From NCBI RefSeq assembly GCF_964355755.1, contig NC_092676.1, positions 24,756,871-24,820,870 on the forward strand: a DNA stretch of 64,000 nt. Direction: 5' to 3'. How positions within the stretch are numbered: position 1 is the first letter of the stretch; each line of letters opens with the position of its first letter. The DNA comes from Antedon mediterranea. Taxonomy: Eukaryota; Animalia; Echinodermata. A model generated the notes under the pieces. That model saw only the letters and a list, made by a program, of their open reading frames with translations, had not been told where the DNA came from and did no database searches. Of this stretch, positions 28,115-41,500 are shown piece by piece. The position numbers were made by a program, and so were the translations under genes.

Positions 28115-31100
28115 TCAGTGTATTACACAGAGGCGCCTTACAAGATGGAACCATCTTAGCTTCAAGGCGCCTCAGATTAACAAATACAACATTTTAAAAC
28201 AACTAACAGAAACATCAATTAAATCTTCCAGAATTAACAAGAAATTGTTGTACATAATAAAATAATAAAGCATTTTCACAATTCGAAAGAAGATCGGAAC
28301 CAAAAATAAAAATTTCACTTAAAAATGTAAAATTAAATGTTAAAGAAAAAATGTAAAATTAAATGTTAAAGAAAAATCATAATAAGAACGTTTTTTTGTT
28401 TCAAACAAATTGGATTTCTGTAGCAATTTTTTAAACTCAACAAGAAATGAGGAATGTTTTATTTCATTATTTAACTCATTCCAATGTGTTATAATAGATG
28501 GGACAAAAGATAAACGATATGATGTGGTCTTACAAAATGGAATTATTATATTTCGGATGTTACGCAAGTTATAAACTTCAATATTGTCAGAAAAATTAAA
28601 TAAGGAGTAAAGATACACTGGTGTTAACTTATGAATAATTTTAAAAAACAGTATTAGGTTAAGAAATTGTCTAAGTTTTTCCAATGATAACCAGCCTAAT
28701 TGACAAGAATTTACCTAGGTGTGTTATGAATATTGTTACAAATTCTAAACTACAAATAAAATCGGTTGCTGTAATTATTGTCTTACCCTCAGTAATTACG
28801 TCAAATGCGCATGTGTTCTGATTACTTGACGAATCAGTAGCTTCGTAAGTAACTGTCTCGGAACCAATCGTAAACACGCTTCCAGAATTTCTAGTTTGAC
28901 TTATGGTTGGTTCTAAGCCAGAGTTGTCTGTAACGACTGGTTCTTGCCAGTCGATGGTAGCCGATGGTAGGCCAGGTTCAGAAGGTGTGTGAATATCAGG
29001 GGGGCAATATGTAAACACTGGTAGTTCATCATCTGCGAGAAAATAACAAAACAACAAATTGTTCACCTATATTCAAATAATAAATTAGTATAGACCTATT
29101 TATATGAATACTTAAGGTATTTAATTTAGGTATATTTAGGACGGACTTTACGTTGGTTTCCATTTCTTGGACGCAACGTACGGGCAACGCAAGTGATCAA
29201 CCAACCACAAGGACAGTTTGGATGATCCATCGCGTCGTGATTGGTCAAAGTACTTGAGTTGCGCTGACACATTTGCTCTTAATTGTTCCTAAGGCTAGAT
29301 CTACTTAAAACCCTATAAAACCAAACTTTCTCTTTGTATTATATTGTTTCGCATACCTATAACTGTGATTGTAAATTCACAGAGTGCTATGTTATTAGAA
29401 CTGTCCACTGCACTGATCGCTAGGTAACTTTCACCAATCTGGAACGTGTCCTGTGTGCGAGTATCATTAATGCTAGGGCTTTCCCCGCTGTTGTCAGTTG
29501 CTGCTACCAAATCCCATGTCACGTCAGTCGTTGGTTCCCCAGTGGCTGTGTTCGTAGTGACGTCATCGGGACAAATTGAAAATACAGGAGGTGTGATATC
29601 TTGAAAGAAAAACAATAATATTGATAGTTTGTGACGTCACTATTGTTTGATAAAGTATTCACAAATTATTTTGTATTCATATTAAAATAATTTGATTCAA
29701 AATATGTAACTCTGGTTGACAGAAAATAAACAAATCTATGAGGAGACCTAAGGAACAAATGACGATGTCTAATTATGATTTTACGTGTTGGGTTTGATGA
29801 GCAAAAGTGCTCAATACAAAAGCAGTTCAAAATAGATATATTAATAATGTATCTATTTTTAAATATAGATACATAAGTAAATAAATACATTTCGATTTCA
29901 AATCATTTGTTAATGTATCGAAACATACTGTTCTAAAAAATGAACGAGTTAATCAAGTTTATTTATTCCTACCGTTTATGTCCACGTCAAATGTGCATAT
30001 GACACTAAGACCTGCATCGTCCGTAGCTGTAATCTGGACGGTGGTAACACCAAGAGGAAACTGCTGCCCGTTAGAATGGCTTCCGGACGTTGTAAACTGA
30101 TTTGAGTTATCGTCAAACACAGGGTCTGCCCAATTGCCAATGCCCCATGAATTACTGTCTTCGAGTGATCCTGTTACAGTATTAGGGCAGGATACGATTT
30201 CTGGTGGCTCAGTATCTACATGAGATACGGTAAATGCACTTATAATTTTAAAACATTTTTTCAGCATATGATGTAGGCCTATGCTAAAAGTACAGATAAC
30301 GTCAATATAAATTAGGAGTTAATTTAGGCACTAATGTATTTGCCTGTTGCCGTCACAAACACGGTACTGCATAACACCAGGAACACAATAGGGCCTCCTT
30401 CAAATCGTGTGTATAATACCCAATAGAACAGGTCTAAATTATGTACATAATAGTGTATTACTATACAATATCACACGAAATGAATATTAATGTTAGAAGA
30501 CGTGATATTGAAGGGTGTTTAGTGTCGCTAGACCGGGCGTTTATCTGGTATAATAGACGTACCTTCAATGTCAATATTAAATGAACAGTGGTCCGTGTTT
30601 CCCGATGGATCAGTGGCGTCACAATTCACGACTGTGTTCCCGATTTGTATTTGACTGCCTGAATTAGGTGTACAAGTTACTGTGCTGACGGCAATATTGT
30701 CCGTTGCTGCTGGAGTGGACCAGTTAATGACGGCATGATCTTCACCACTATCCGTTAACTGAGAAATATCACTGCCACACGTAATTGTCGGTGGTACAAC
30801 ATCTAATAAAAAGAGTATTATTTTTGATGAAATGTGATTATGATTGAGAAATAACTACAAAATCATGTTTGAATTGACAGTATATTTAGAAATAAAGGCA
30901 TTTAAAGCACCGAACATGCAGTGCATTAATAGAATACAGGGCCTAAAAACTAATGTGTATGGTACATTCGAATCCTGATCGAAACGGTGAAGGATTTACG
31001 GTACAATGCATTAATGTAGAAAAAATCAAATCAAAATTTCAACAAACCGTTTCAGATTTTCAACACTGTATATGGCATGCGATTTATTTAATCAAAACTT

Positions 31101-34100
31101 TAAAGGATAGTAACTTGTATTCATTTATTTATATATTTATCATATATATGTATTATTAAAATGATCTACTATGTTCAAAACATATTTCAAAATTGTACAA
31201 TTTGACAATAAAGTAGACTTGTATCTTGTAAAGGAATCAACGATGATACTGATTGTGATAAGAAACGTTTAAATACCTCGAACGATTACATCAAATGTAC
31301 AAATTGCATGCAAATTGCACATGTACGGGTCTTTAGCAACAAAACGCATTCCATAGGTGCCTGGTCCAAGAACATCACCTGGGCACCCATCACTAACTTT
31401 ACAATCAATGGACGAAACTGCATCATTGTCCGTTGCTGTTAAACCGGGTGACGCATATGTAATTGTAGCTTCGCCTGGCAAAATGTCAAACACAACATCT
31501 GTAGTAGGGCAGTTATCAAACACTGGTGTCTCGTTATCTAAAAAAAAATGATAACATATTAATAAGCAAATGTATATTACTTTCTTTTAGCTTTTACTTA
31601 TCACTGATTGAAGCATGGCATCATCATTATCCTTTCTAGGCACGTGATATCAATCCATTTTTAAACCACTTACGGGCCATGTTATGCATAAATGTAACTA
31701 TGCATGTTATTGAAGGGAAAAAGGTAGTTTTGAATGTTTTGGTATAACGTATGAAGGTACAGTTGATAATGAGCAATATTATGTACTTTATTATTATATA
31801 TTTATACACTATTACACACTTTCAAACTTTATGTGACAACAAAAATGAAGATGCTTATATTGATATGATGATGGCATATCACTGACACTACTATATAATG
31901 GACACATCATACTTTTTTGTCGCATAAAGTTTGATAGTGTAGACATAGCTTTATACTTGGAAAATTCACTGGTAAGTAAAATCCGAACCACATACCTTGA
32001 ACGTGTACAACAAATGTGCAGACGGACGTCCCGACGTCGTTTGATGAACTGATAGTGACCGTCGTCATTCCTACTGGAAATTCGTCACCAGATTGATGCG
32101 AACTCGTCAGCGCACTAGCAGACCCGTATGTGCTAGATGCTGTTGGATCTGTCCATGTAGCACGTCCTATGTTTGTTCCAGGATCAATAAGTACCTTGAT
32201 GGTATCTGGACAGTTACTCATTTCTGGTGCCGGAAATGCTATAGGAAAAAGACGATCAACAAAACAAACTATTAAAAAACGAGAGCATAAAAGCCAATTT
32301 ACACAGACGAGCGGTAACGGTAAAAAAAATATAGAATCTATGTTATTCCTTATGACCATTTACAGAACGCCGCGAAACGGACGGGCGATTTCCGCTCAGG
32401 ATAGATACAGACCATGGAGGTATAAATTTTATAACTCCATGTACAGACTTTACGTGGGACAAGCTACGCGGGTTTTTTTTCGCTTGCCGTTTACCGCTCG
32501 TCTGTGTAAATTGGCCTTAATGGTAATATCAAAATTACATTTTTAAATAAAATAAAAACACAATTAAGGTTTTTGATGGGATTGACCAAACATCATTCTT
32601 ATAGTCTGGACATAAAATGTATACTAATTCTTGAAAAGGAAGAAGAATATCTCTGATGATTCCAATGAAAGGTTTGTTAATGGTACTTTATATACACATG
32701 CATAAGACTGTTTATGTACTAATTCTATGCAAGTTAATGATGCTATTAATAAACTCCCCATGGGTAAATCCCCTGGATTTGATGGTTTGACAGGCGAACA
32801 CATTAGGTATGCGAGTAAGCGAATTTACGTAGTCCTCAGTATATTCTTTAATGCCATGATATCTCATGGTCATGTGACAAAAGAGATATCTAAAGTTGTG
32901 CTCATACCAATAAAGGCAACTACCGACCTATTGCGCTTGCATGCGTGATGTCTAAAGAGTCTGTTTTGATTTATATATGCGAGGATACACAAACTTAATT
33001 TGTGTTTTGTATGTAACATTAGGGTTGAGGGATGGGGAAGAGGATGGGTGCAAAGAAGAACAATTTTTAAATATATTCTTTATCCATTTAGTAACGAAAT
33101 ATTAATTGTTTTCATGTTTTACAAATAATATACCACTATACACAGTAAAACATTGCGATTTAATACTTTGTTGAAACTATCACCGTCGATTGAAATAGTA
33201 TAGTACATGTAACGATACATCACTACGACGTGTATATGTTTATATAATTTAAAACAATTTGTGAAAACCCGCCTCTATTCGGGCAAAATCATAAATTCGA
33301 TTTAATGGTCAATAAATATTAAATTATCTAACTCAACTTAATTAGTAGGCATAATGGTTTTCAATTGTTTCTTAGAGCCAATTCCTACTTAAGTTGGTTC
33401 CTATCCTACCCTCCAAAGTTGTTCTGCGTTTAGTTAGGGCATGTGATGTACCGTAGGCCCATCCTCTACTGGTTTTACAACGCTACTCATGCCAGTTAGG
33501 GAAGGGTGGTGATGTGGGTGGTTTAACTGCAATAATAAAGATGTGTACATAATATACGGCGAGTGAAAGCGCTAGCTCATTATCTGTTTAAAAAAATGTA
33601 TATCCAACCTCTGCAGCACAGATTGAAATGGTTGGGTTGGTTGAAAAAAAAATGGATCGAATTTCTGTTATGAGTATACAGTACTTGCCTTTACGACGCC
33701 TGAGGGAATAGACACTTGTGGAACAGAGATTGGAATGTTCCATTCATCGCAAATCAATACATTTGTATAAACGTATATTAAATCTATCAAAATAGTATTT
33801 TTTTTTTTAAATCTGTCTTCAACATTCTTATGCTGTACTCGAGCTGTTCAACCGGTTTTCAGCCATTAAAAACAGTTATCGTAGGAGGAGATAGGAAAAT
33901 GCGAAGCATCCTCGTATTATTGTCTGCGGGTATTTTTCAAGACGAACATCCATTAGACAGTGTATACCGCGATCGAAAAACACCCCTATTTGGGGCAAAT
34001 CGTTGAACCTAAATTCGTTTTAATCGTCAATAACTAATTATCGAACTCAATTTAATTAGTAAACAGGGTTATATCAGGTGGTTAAAATCAGTAGCGAAAG

Positions 34101-37100
34101 TACGAACCAACTTTATATACCATCGAATAAACATTCTAGAAATAACGCGCGATTTACCGAATTTTGCCCTTACGTAAATTTATATATAGATTAAGAATGA
34201 ATACACATGTAACATTATCAATGGGTTAATTTCAAAGAAAAACTGTCAGAATTTTGTCAGTAAGCTTTAATGGAAATAAAGTATATTGTCTGTATGTATT
34301 CTTTTAATTTGTGTATATACATTTCCATTTTTATATGTTTTTTATGCCCGTATATATAGGTATAATGTACTATATTTGTGTATATTTTTTATCGTTCTTT
34401 TAATGTTAATTTTATGCATATGTGTATATATTGTATGGGTATATGTGTGTATGTATATATATTTGATATATAGTATGTATTTCTATATATATACGTGTGA
34501 ATGTATTGATATTATTATATACAAATATATAAACTGAAAGACACACAAATTATGATAAATAAGTTAACAAAACGTTTCATAAGTAAACAACTTTTTTTAA
34601 TAAATATGCAATATATTTTGTAATAGATAACATAACAAAAAATATGCAGAAAATAATGTAAATATATATGAGATTCTGTTATTTTTGTTTATGTAACATT
34701 GAATGAATAAAGGTGGTGGTTAACCACAACAGATTTTTAAAAAAAGAAATGGTAGTCCGATTTATGCCTGTTTTTTAAATGTCTCCCAAAGCATTTGATC
34801 GTATTAATAATTGGACACTGTACAAGAAACTGATTAATAGGGGAACCCCTTATGTGTAGTTAGAGTTCTTGTGTCTTGGTATACCAACCAACATCTAATT
34901 CATATGTGTGAAAAATACTCATTAACGCATGATATATTGTATACGAAGAAAAATCTGTATGTATGTTATTCTGTCCTACAGTCAGGAAATTATCAAAGCT
35001 TCCCACTTTAAACTTAGTTTAGTCGGAACTTGCCTTGTTAAGAGTTTTTAAATTACTTTTGGGTCACAGTTTTGACACCCGATTTGAAAGATGATACGGA
35101 TATCAAACGATAGTACAGGTCATTGTGCATCAGAGCTAATACCAAAGATAATAAAAGGAGAAGATACAACAGTTCCGTTGGCGGTGTAAACCACATCCGG
35201 GTTACTATTTGCCTACGCCTGAAGGTGGCGCATTTCTTTTTCACTAGAAGAAGTGCGCCACCTTCAGGCGTGGGTAAGGTAAAACTTTTATTGTAAATAT
35301 CTATAAAAATGCAAACGATGATTATTTATCAAAATGATTATCAAAATATTAAAAATATCAAAATTAGTAGAGCACAGACGCGAGAACACATCAGATCATC
35401 ACGATCCATCGAAACGTGGGATTAGACGGGAACCATATCTAGAGCCCGCCGTCGTTCGGCTGCTGGATTCTTACGCGTCAATGAATAAGCGTCCGCGTTT
35501 CCTATCCTTCTATGTATAACAGCGCGTACTGTTGATTCTTTACCTATTTATATTCTTTGCTAATACACTATGTAGAACCTTCCCAACAAGATGCTCTAAA
35601 AAGAGTCTGCCTGATGTGTTTATATATATAAAAGTATCTCTTCGGAGATCCCGCCTGCGATTTTTTTTTCCGTACGAGAGTTCCTCCATCGGTTCGTTTC
35701 GGACTCAATCGACTCTCTTCGGTATTCGGTAAAGTCAGCTCACTGATGCGTGACAACATAATACAAACATTTACAAACCGCGAGCTAATACCAAAGAATT
35801 CTTTGCTAATACTTTCACACAGGCTCTCATAATAGTAAAATGAATCTACACTAATACGAGTTTTGATGACATTAAGTAATAAATACTAGGCCTACTTAGT
35901 AATTACATTAAGAACCCAATAGCATATTGAAGATATTTAGGTCTACGACCCAATAGTAGGTCGTATCAGATATTATTTTTTGAAGTTGAACCATGGAGGT
36001 ATAAAATACCTCCATGGTTGAACGACCTTTTGTCACGAACGAGAGGCTCTTTTCTTATCGTTTATGGTATTGTAGCTAGCCCATGGCTAGCCTAGCCAAG
36101 CTTGTGTAAGCCTATGCAAGGTATTACTTTTGAATTTAAAATGATTATGTACAGTAGGAATTCCTATGCACAGTGTATGTTTTTTATACCTTTTAAAATA
36201 ACATTATTAAATTAATATTTATATTGTAAGGTAATGGAAATTTTACGTTAAAGGTGTACGTATTAATTATCCCCAATCTTGAAAAATAAAGATTTCAGAC
36301 TTTTAATATAGGCAATTTTGGAGTTTTAATTAAGTTATAGGCCTACAACTAATATTATTGTTTATTATGTGTATATGTAATTTGGAAAATCATAAAAAAT
36401 ACATGCAAAGTAAAAAATATTCAATTACGGTACTGACACGACTGCAATAGTACAAATACATTTAATAAAACGCATTTTCCATGAAGCTTATAATTATATA
36501 AATAAATATAAATATTTGTAATCTTAGGTCTTGGGTCTTAGCTTTCGTGATCTTAGGTCTTAGGGGGTCTTAGCTTTCGTGACACCCTACTATCATCTTG
36601 TCATGAAGATCGGTTTTCTGTATTCCATATTCTTGATTTTATTTTTTTTATTATGGTTTCTGAAATAATTTTTTTTTTTAAATTGTTCATTTTAATTCGA
36701 AATTTCCACCGGCCAAGATATCAATAATTATTAAATTAACACAATATTAAACGCTTTATAAGCAAGCATGTGTTTCTATACATTACAACTTACAAGAATA
36801 CATGTTACTAATACTAGGCCTATAATGTATACAATTTTTCAAATGTTACACTTAAAAACCTGAAGAAAATTTTAATTTTCTTGATAAAAACATCTGTTAG
36901 TGTTACTTCTGTACATATAATTTCTAACCTACTACTGTACTTCATCTTATTAAAATAAAAAATAGTACTGTAGATGGAAATGTACTACATTGAATTTGAA
37001 GCACACGTAGCGTAGTGCTAGGCTAGCTAGGCCTTGCTTGTGACGACCAACAAAGTGCTGCTGCTGTATGTGTGTTACTGTTTGTGAATCTGATGGTACA

Positions 37101-38559
37101 TACATTGGTTTGTGGCTGCCTATACAGTATTATATTATTAAAATTCTAGGCCTATTATTATTATTACAATGACGTTCAGTACTACTATTAATAGTTATTA
37201 TTATATTTACAGTGAGTATAGTATTAGCCTCTAGTAGTATGTACAGTATGTATAAATCTGTCACTCGTGAAAAAAAAAGCTGTACTGCTCACGTTTTGTC
37301 TTGTGGTTGCTGTCACGCATCAGTGAGCATCGGTGGCTTACCGAAGAGTCGATTGAGTCCGAAACGAACCGATGGAGGAACTCTCGTACGGAAAAAAAAA
37401 TCGCATCCCGCCTCGTGAATAAAAATACTGAAAAATGAGGGCGTATCAATCTCTGGTGCGCGTGCGTACAACTGAGGACTAGTGTTGTTCCGCCGCTATT
37501 CAATCGAGTTTGAACAATACCCTCAGTGGTCTAATGGTTAGGACATCTGCATATCAAGCAAGCGGTCCGAGTTCGAGTCTCGGTTGGCATAATAGGCATG
37601 ATATGAAGGAGTTTAAAACAATAAAAATAATGCATGTTCTGTAAGTAGATCTATTAACGCTCAAAACGTAGGACGATAACTTAAAAATTGTGGAAGTTAT
37701 TGTGGAAAAAAAAAAAACAAAAAAAAAAACAGGTACTTTACTTTACAACATTTTATTTTTCTAAGTAAAAAATTGTACTATCATTTTACCTGGTTGTTTA
37801 CAAACTCCCTTATACTTCTCGTCACAGCTCGTCTCTTCCCACATGTAGTTGTAGCCTTGGTCCATAATAGTACAGAGTTGGATTGCGATTTCTTCCCAGT
37901 CACTACCATACGCTGTGAAGTCTACTGGTGTCCCATCATACCAGCCCCAATTGCCGTTCGATTTATGCAAACCGATGAACGCGTAAGCATTATAAGGTAA
38001 CAGGACGTCCCGGATGTAGTCGTGCGCCTCCTGTGAATGGACAGATGCTAGTTCCCCCAGGTAGTATCGTCCACATATATAATTTGCATCATCGAAGTCG
38101 TAACTCCCGATGGTTAATCGAAAGCAACCGCCTTCTCCTAATATATATTGCTGACCGCTTTGGCAGGTACCTAAAAAAGACGTTACCTGTTTATATATAC
38201 GGGGCGCTGTTGTAGCATAATTTTACATGTTCCAAACGGCGCCCGTATTACATAAACTACAATTTAGATCGTAAGCTAACAATCGAGAACTCCAATGTGC
38301 TCTCTACCATCGAGGGAGGGCTTCATTTAATGTTCAATCGTAGTGGTCTAATCCTTCCAAAGTTATCATTTTTTTATGACATTTTTCATAACAGAAATAG
38401 TGAATATGTTTACACTGTGATCTTTCGATTCCCGACGACATGAACCTAAAAAAATGTTCTTTCATTATTTAGTCATTTTATGAATAACATTTTTTATTAT
38501 TAATACTATTTTATCATTACTGTTAGATCCATATTACTTGATGATTTGCTAGCATTATT

Positions 38560-38592
<33 letters not shown>

Positions 38593-41500
38593 GTTTAAGC
38601 ATAATTATACTGATTGCCGTTTCAATGCATCCGGGGTACATTGAAATACTTGAGTAGGCTAGTTAAGTTAATTAGCCTCCTCAAGGAAAATTACCAAAGT
38701 TTTTTTACTTTAGTAATACTGAATAACACCCATTACTTTCTTTTGACACCATTTTGGAAGTTTCAAGACTATTATTTTCATAATTATTATCCAAAAAAAA
38801 ATTGTTTCAACGTGCCCCGGTCTCCCCACTATGTACTTGCCCCTCTTGAATATGATTGAAATCTCCTCGTATGACTTAAGTTGGTGGTTGGCCCATTAGT
38901 TGACTTTTAAAAGATTATTTTATTTTGTAGTCGTCGTCGTCGTTCAATAACATAATTTAAAAGGTTAGCCTACCGTATATCTAAAAGAAGTTTCAAATCG
39001 TGAAAAATTGGAAACTCATCGAATAGAACTCCACATTACGTCATGATTTTAAGGACGTTTTGGTCGTCGCAAAACAAAGAGCTCCTTAATACCGAGTGAT
39101 GACCTCTGATAATATGTATTTTGCAGAAATGATGTGTTTGATAAAACACAGCATTGATTTATAATTTTACTACAATCCATTACCATAAGTAATTATCAAT
39201 TATAGAAAAGTTAAAAAACCAACCTGGGTTAACAGTGATAGTGAAAAAACATTCTTCGCAGCTATTACTGTCAGCAAACCTTTCAAAAACCCTGGTCACA
39301 CCTGGCTGAAATGTATCCCCTGATTGCGCGCTTCGTTCTGTTTTTACAACCCCTTCAGATTGCGTTATACTGGTTTCAGTCCACGTCACAACCTGATTTT
39401 GCCGTCGACCCTCTACGCTTGTTGATGAAGCACATGACACGCTTATTGCACCAGTTTCTGAAACAGGATAATGACTGTCTGATAATATTGTACGGCTGCG
39501 CGGTGAGTATATTAAAAAAGGTATTACACGAATTTCTTAATTATAAAAATTGAATATTGTTATTTAAGGTGTAAACGCATTTCTTTATGCAAATCGAATA
39601 GACTGTGAATCCATTGTACTGTACCTATATCTGATTTTTTACGTTACGTTCATTTTTTTAACCTAGATTTTTATTTATCATATTGTGTTTATAATGGTCA
39701 TTTCGTGACAACAATTTTGTACTTCTTTTAAAAGACTACATTGTTATATATCAACAAACCATGTCATTTTATTTAGGCCTATCAGTGGGATTTTTTTTTC
39801 AATTACCTGTGTCTGCACTCACGCTGTCCTATATCACTCTGGTTATCATAGACTTTATTGACCGTTAATCAACGAACGAATGATACAAGATCCTTATTTT
39901 AACTTTTAAAGCTTCATTATATTCAAGTTATGTTATATCCCCAAACTTGTTTCTGGATTTCCTCTATCTCGTCGCCTACAAATCGTTTTATAGTTACAAC
40001 GCCTTCAGATTGCGTTATACTGGTTTCAGTCCATGTCACAACCTGATGTTGCCGTCGACCCTCTACGCTTGTTAACAAATCATTGCTAGTGACCTATTCC
40101 AAGATTCCGTACTAAGACTACGTTCACACTGATCCCGGTGTATGAACGTAGCCTAAGGGTTACGGCCGGTGGGAGCAACCTACTTTTTTAACCGTTGTGT
40201 ACCTTATTTTTTGCCAAATGTTCACCACATTCGATTCTTATTTATTCAGCAAAATTCATTATAAAATGTGCCCATTTTTTTTGCCGCGATATTGATAAGT
40301 GTTTAATTATTATGTTTGATTAATTTATAATAAAGTCTGTTTAGTTAAGGTTTATACGATAACGATATTATTTATTGTCATTTTAATGATGTACAAATGA
40401 AATTTGGTTGGTTTACATTTTGATTTACATACAATGTATACGTATGGACAAACTAGTGTTGTCCAGTTAACTATTACACTTACCAGTCACCAGTGTTCCT
40501 GCAACTATCAGAATCTAAGAAGTAAAAAGTGAAAGACTATTAATGTAATAATTTATTTGATCTCTACAAGATAAGGACTGCATTTTATCAAAGAACTTAT
40601 AACACAAGAATCTCCTGTTCTTCAATTTGCATTCAAACACAGTATCGGAAGTACAGGGTTAAAAGGTCAAACTGGGCGACGCCATTTCACAGCATGGAGC
40701 AGCGCCCCCTCCAAACTAGGAAGTCAATTACTCTACCCCCTAGAGTATTAGCAGATCCCCTCTATGATTTTGACTTTCTAATTTGATGCGGGCGCCCTAC
40801 TCCTCAGTCAATTACTCTATCCCCTCTAGAGCATTAGCAGATCCCCTCTATGATTTTGCCTTTCTAATTTGATGCGGGCGCCCTACTCCATGGCTCACAA
40901 TGGCCCCACCCATAGCTCTATTCTATCCCACAATGCCTTTCGAAATTGTTACGCGCTTCGGACGAACAGGAGATTCTTGTGTCAAGTTCTTTGATTTTAT
41001 TCTTTAAAGATGTATTGCCATAAAAAATGAAAATTAATAAAATCAGATTTAAATAGGCCATTTTGCAGTTATTCACGTACTTAAAAGGATAAAAGAAAAG
41101 AAAAAAACCTTTTCTGACAGACAATTTAAGTATATTTTTGCTTTAATTTTTTTTTTTTTGATCCAGTTTTAGTCAAAGTGAATAACTATTATGTGTCATT
41201 AAAAAGACATTCAAACAAAAAATTGGGGAAAAATATTTTAGGGAGGCAATACATCTTTAAAAAATATTATTTATAAAATAAATAATTGCATTCAAATTAA
41301 ATTATAATTGTATATCATACATTTATACACAAATATCATGTGTTTTAAAATATAGAAAATTATAAATATATCTGTATAAGAAGAAATTTTAAAAGAATAT
41401 TCTACAAACATTCTAAAATCGTCATTAACATATCTTATTTTGTGCGCTTCGTTACTTTTACGTTTCTTATCCTCTTTATATACAGTACACAGTAGGCCTA

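Noticed and set aside
28340-28684. Independent 114-aa gene
   Set aside because: It is the C-terminal fragment of a LINE ORF2 within a TSD-flanked insertion.
33685-33783. Possible 99-nt phase 1-1 exon between the CTLD and HYR array (minus strand)
   Set aside because: It is open and AG/GT-bounded, but the donor is weak, it resembles no domain, and it lies within repeat-derived DNA.
37515-37595. Functional tRNA gene
   Set aside because: The T-arm and A-box are present but the acceptor and anticodon stems do not pair well, so it is treated as SINE or pseudogene. tRNAscan-SE would settle it.
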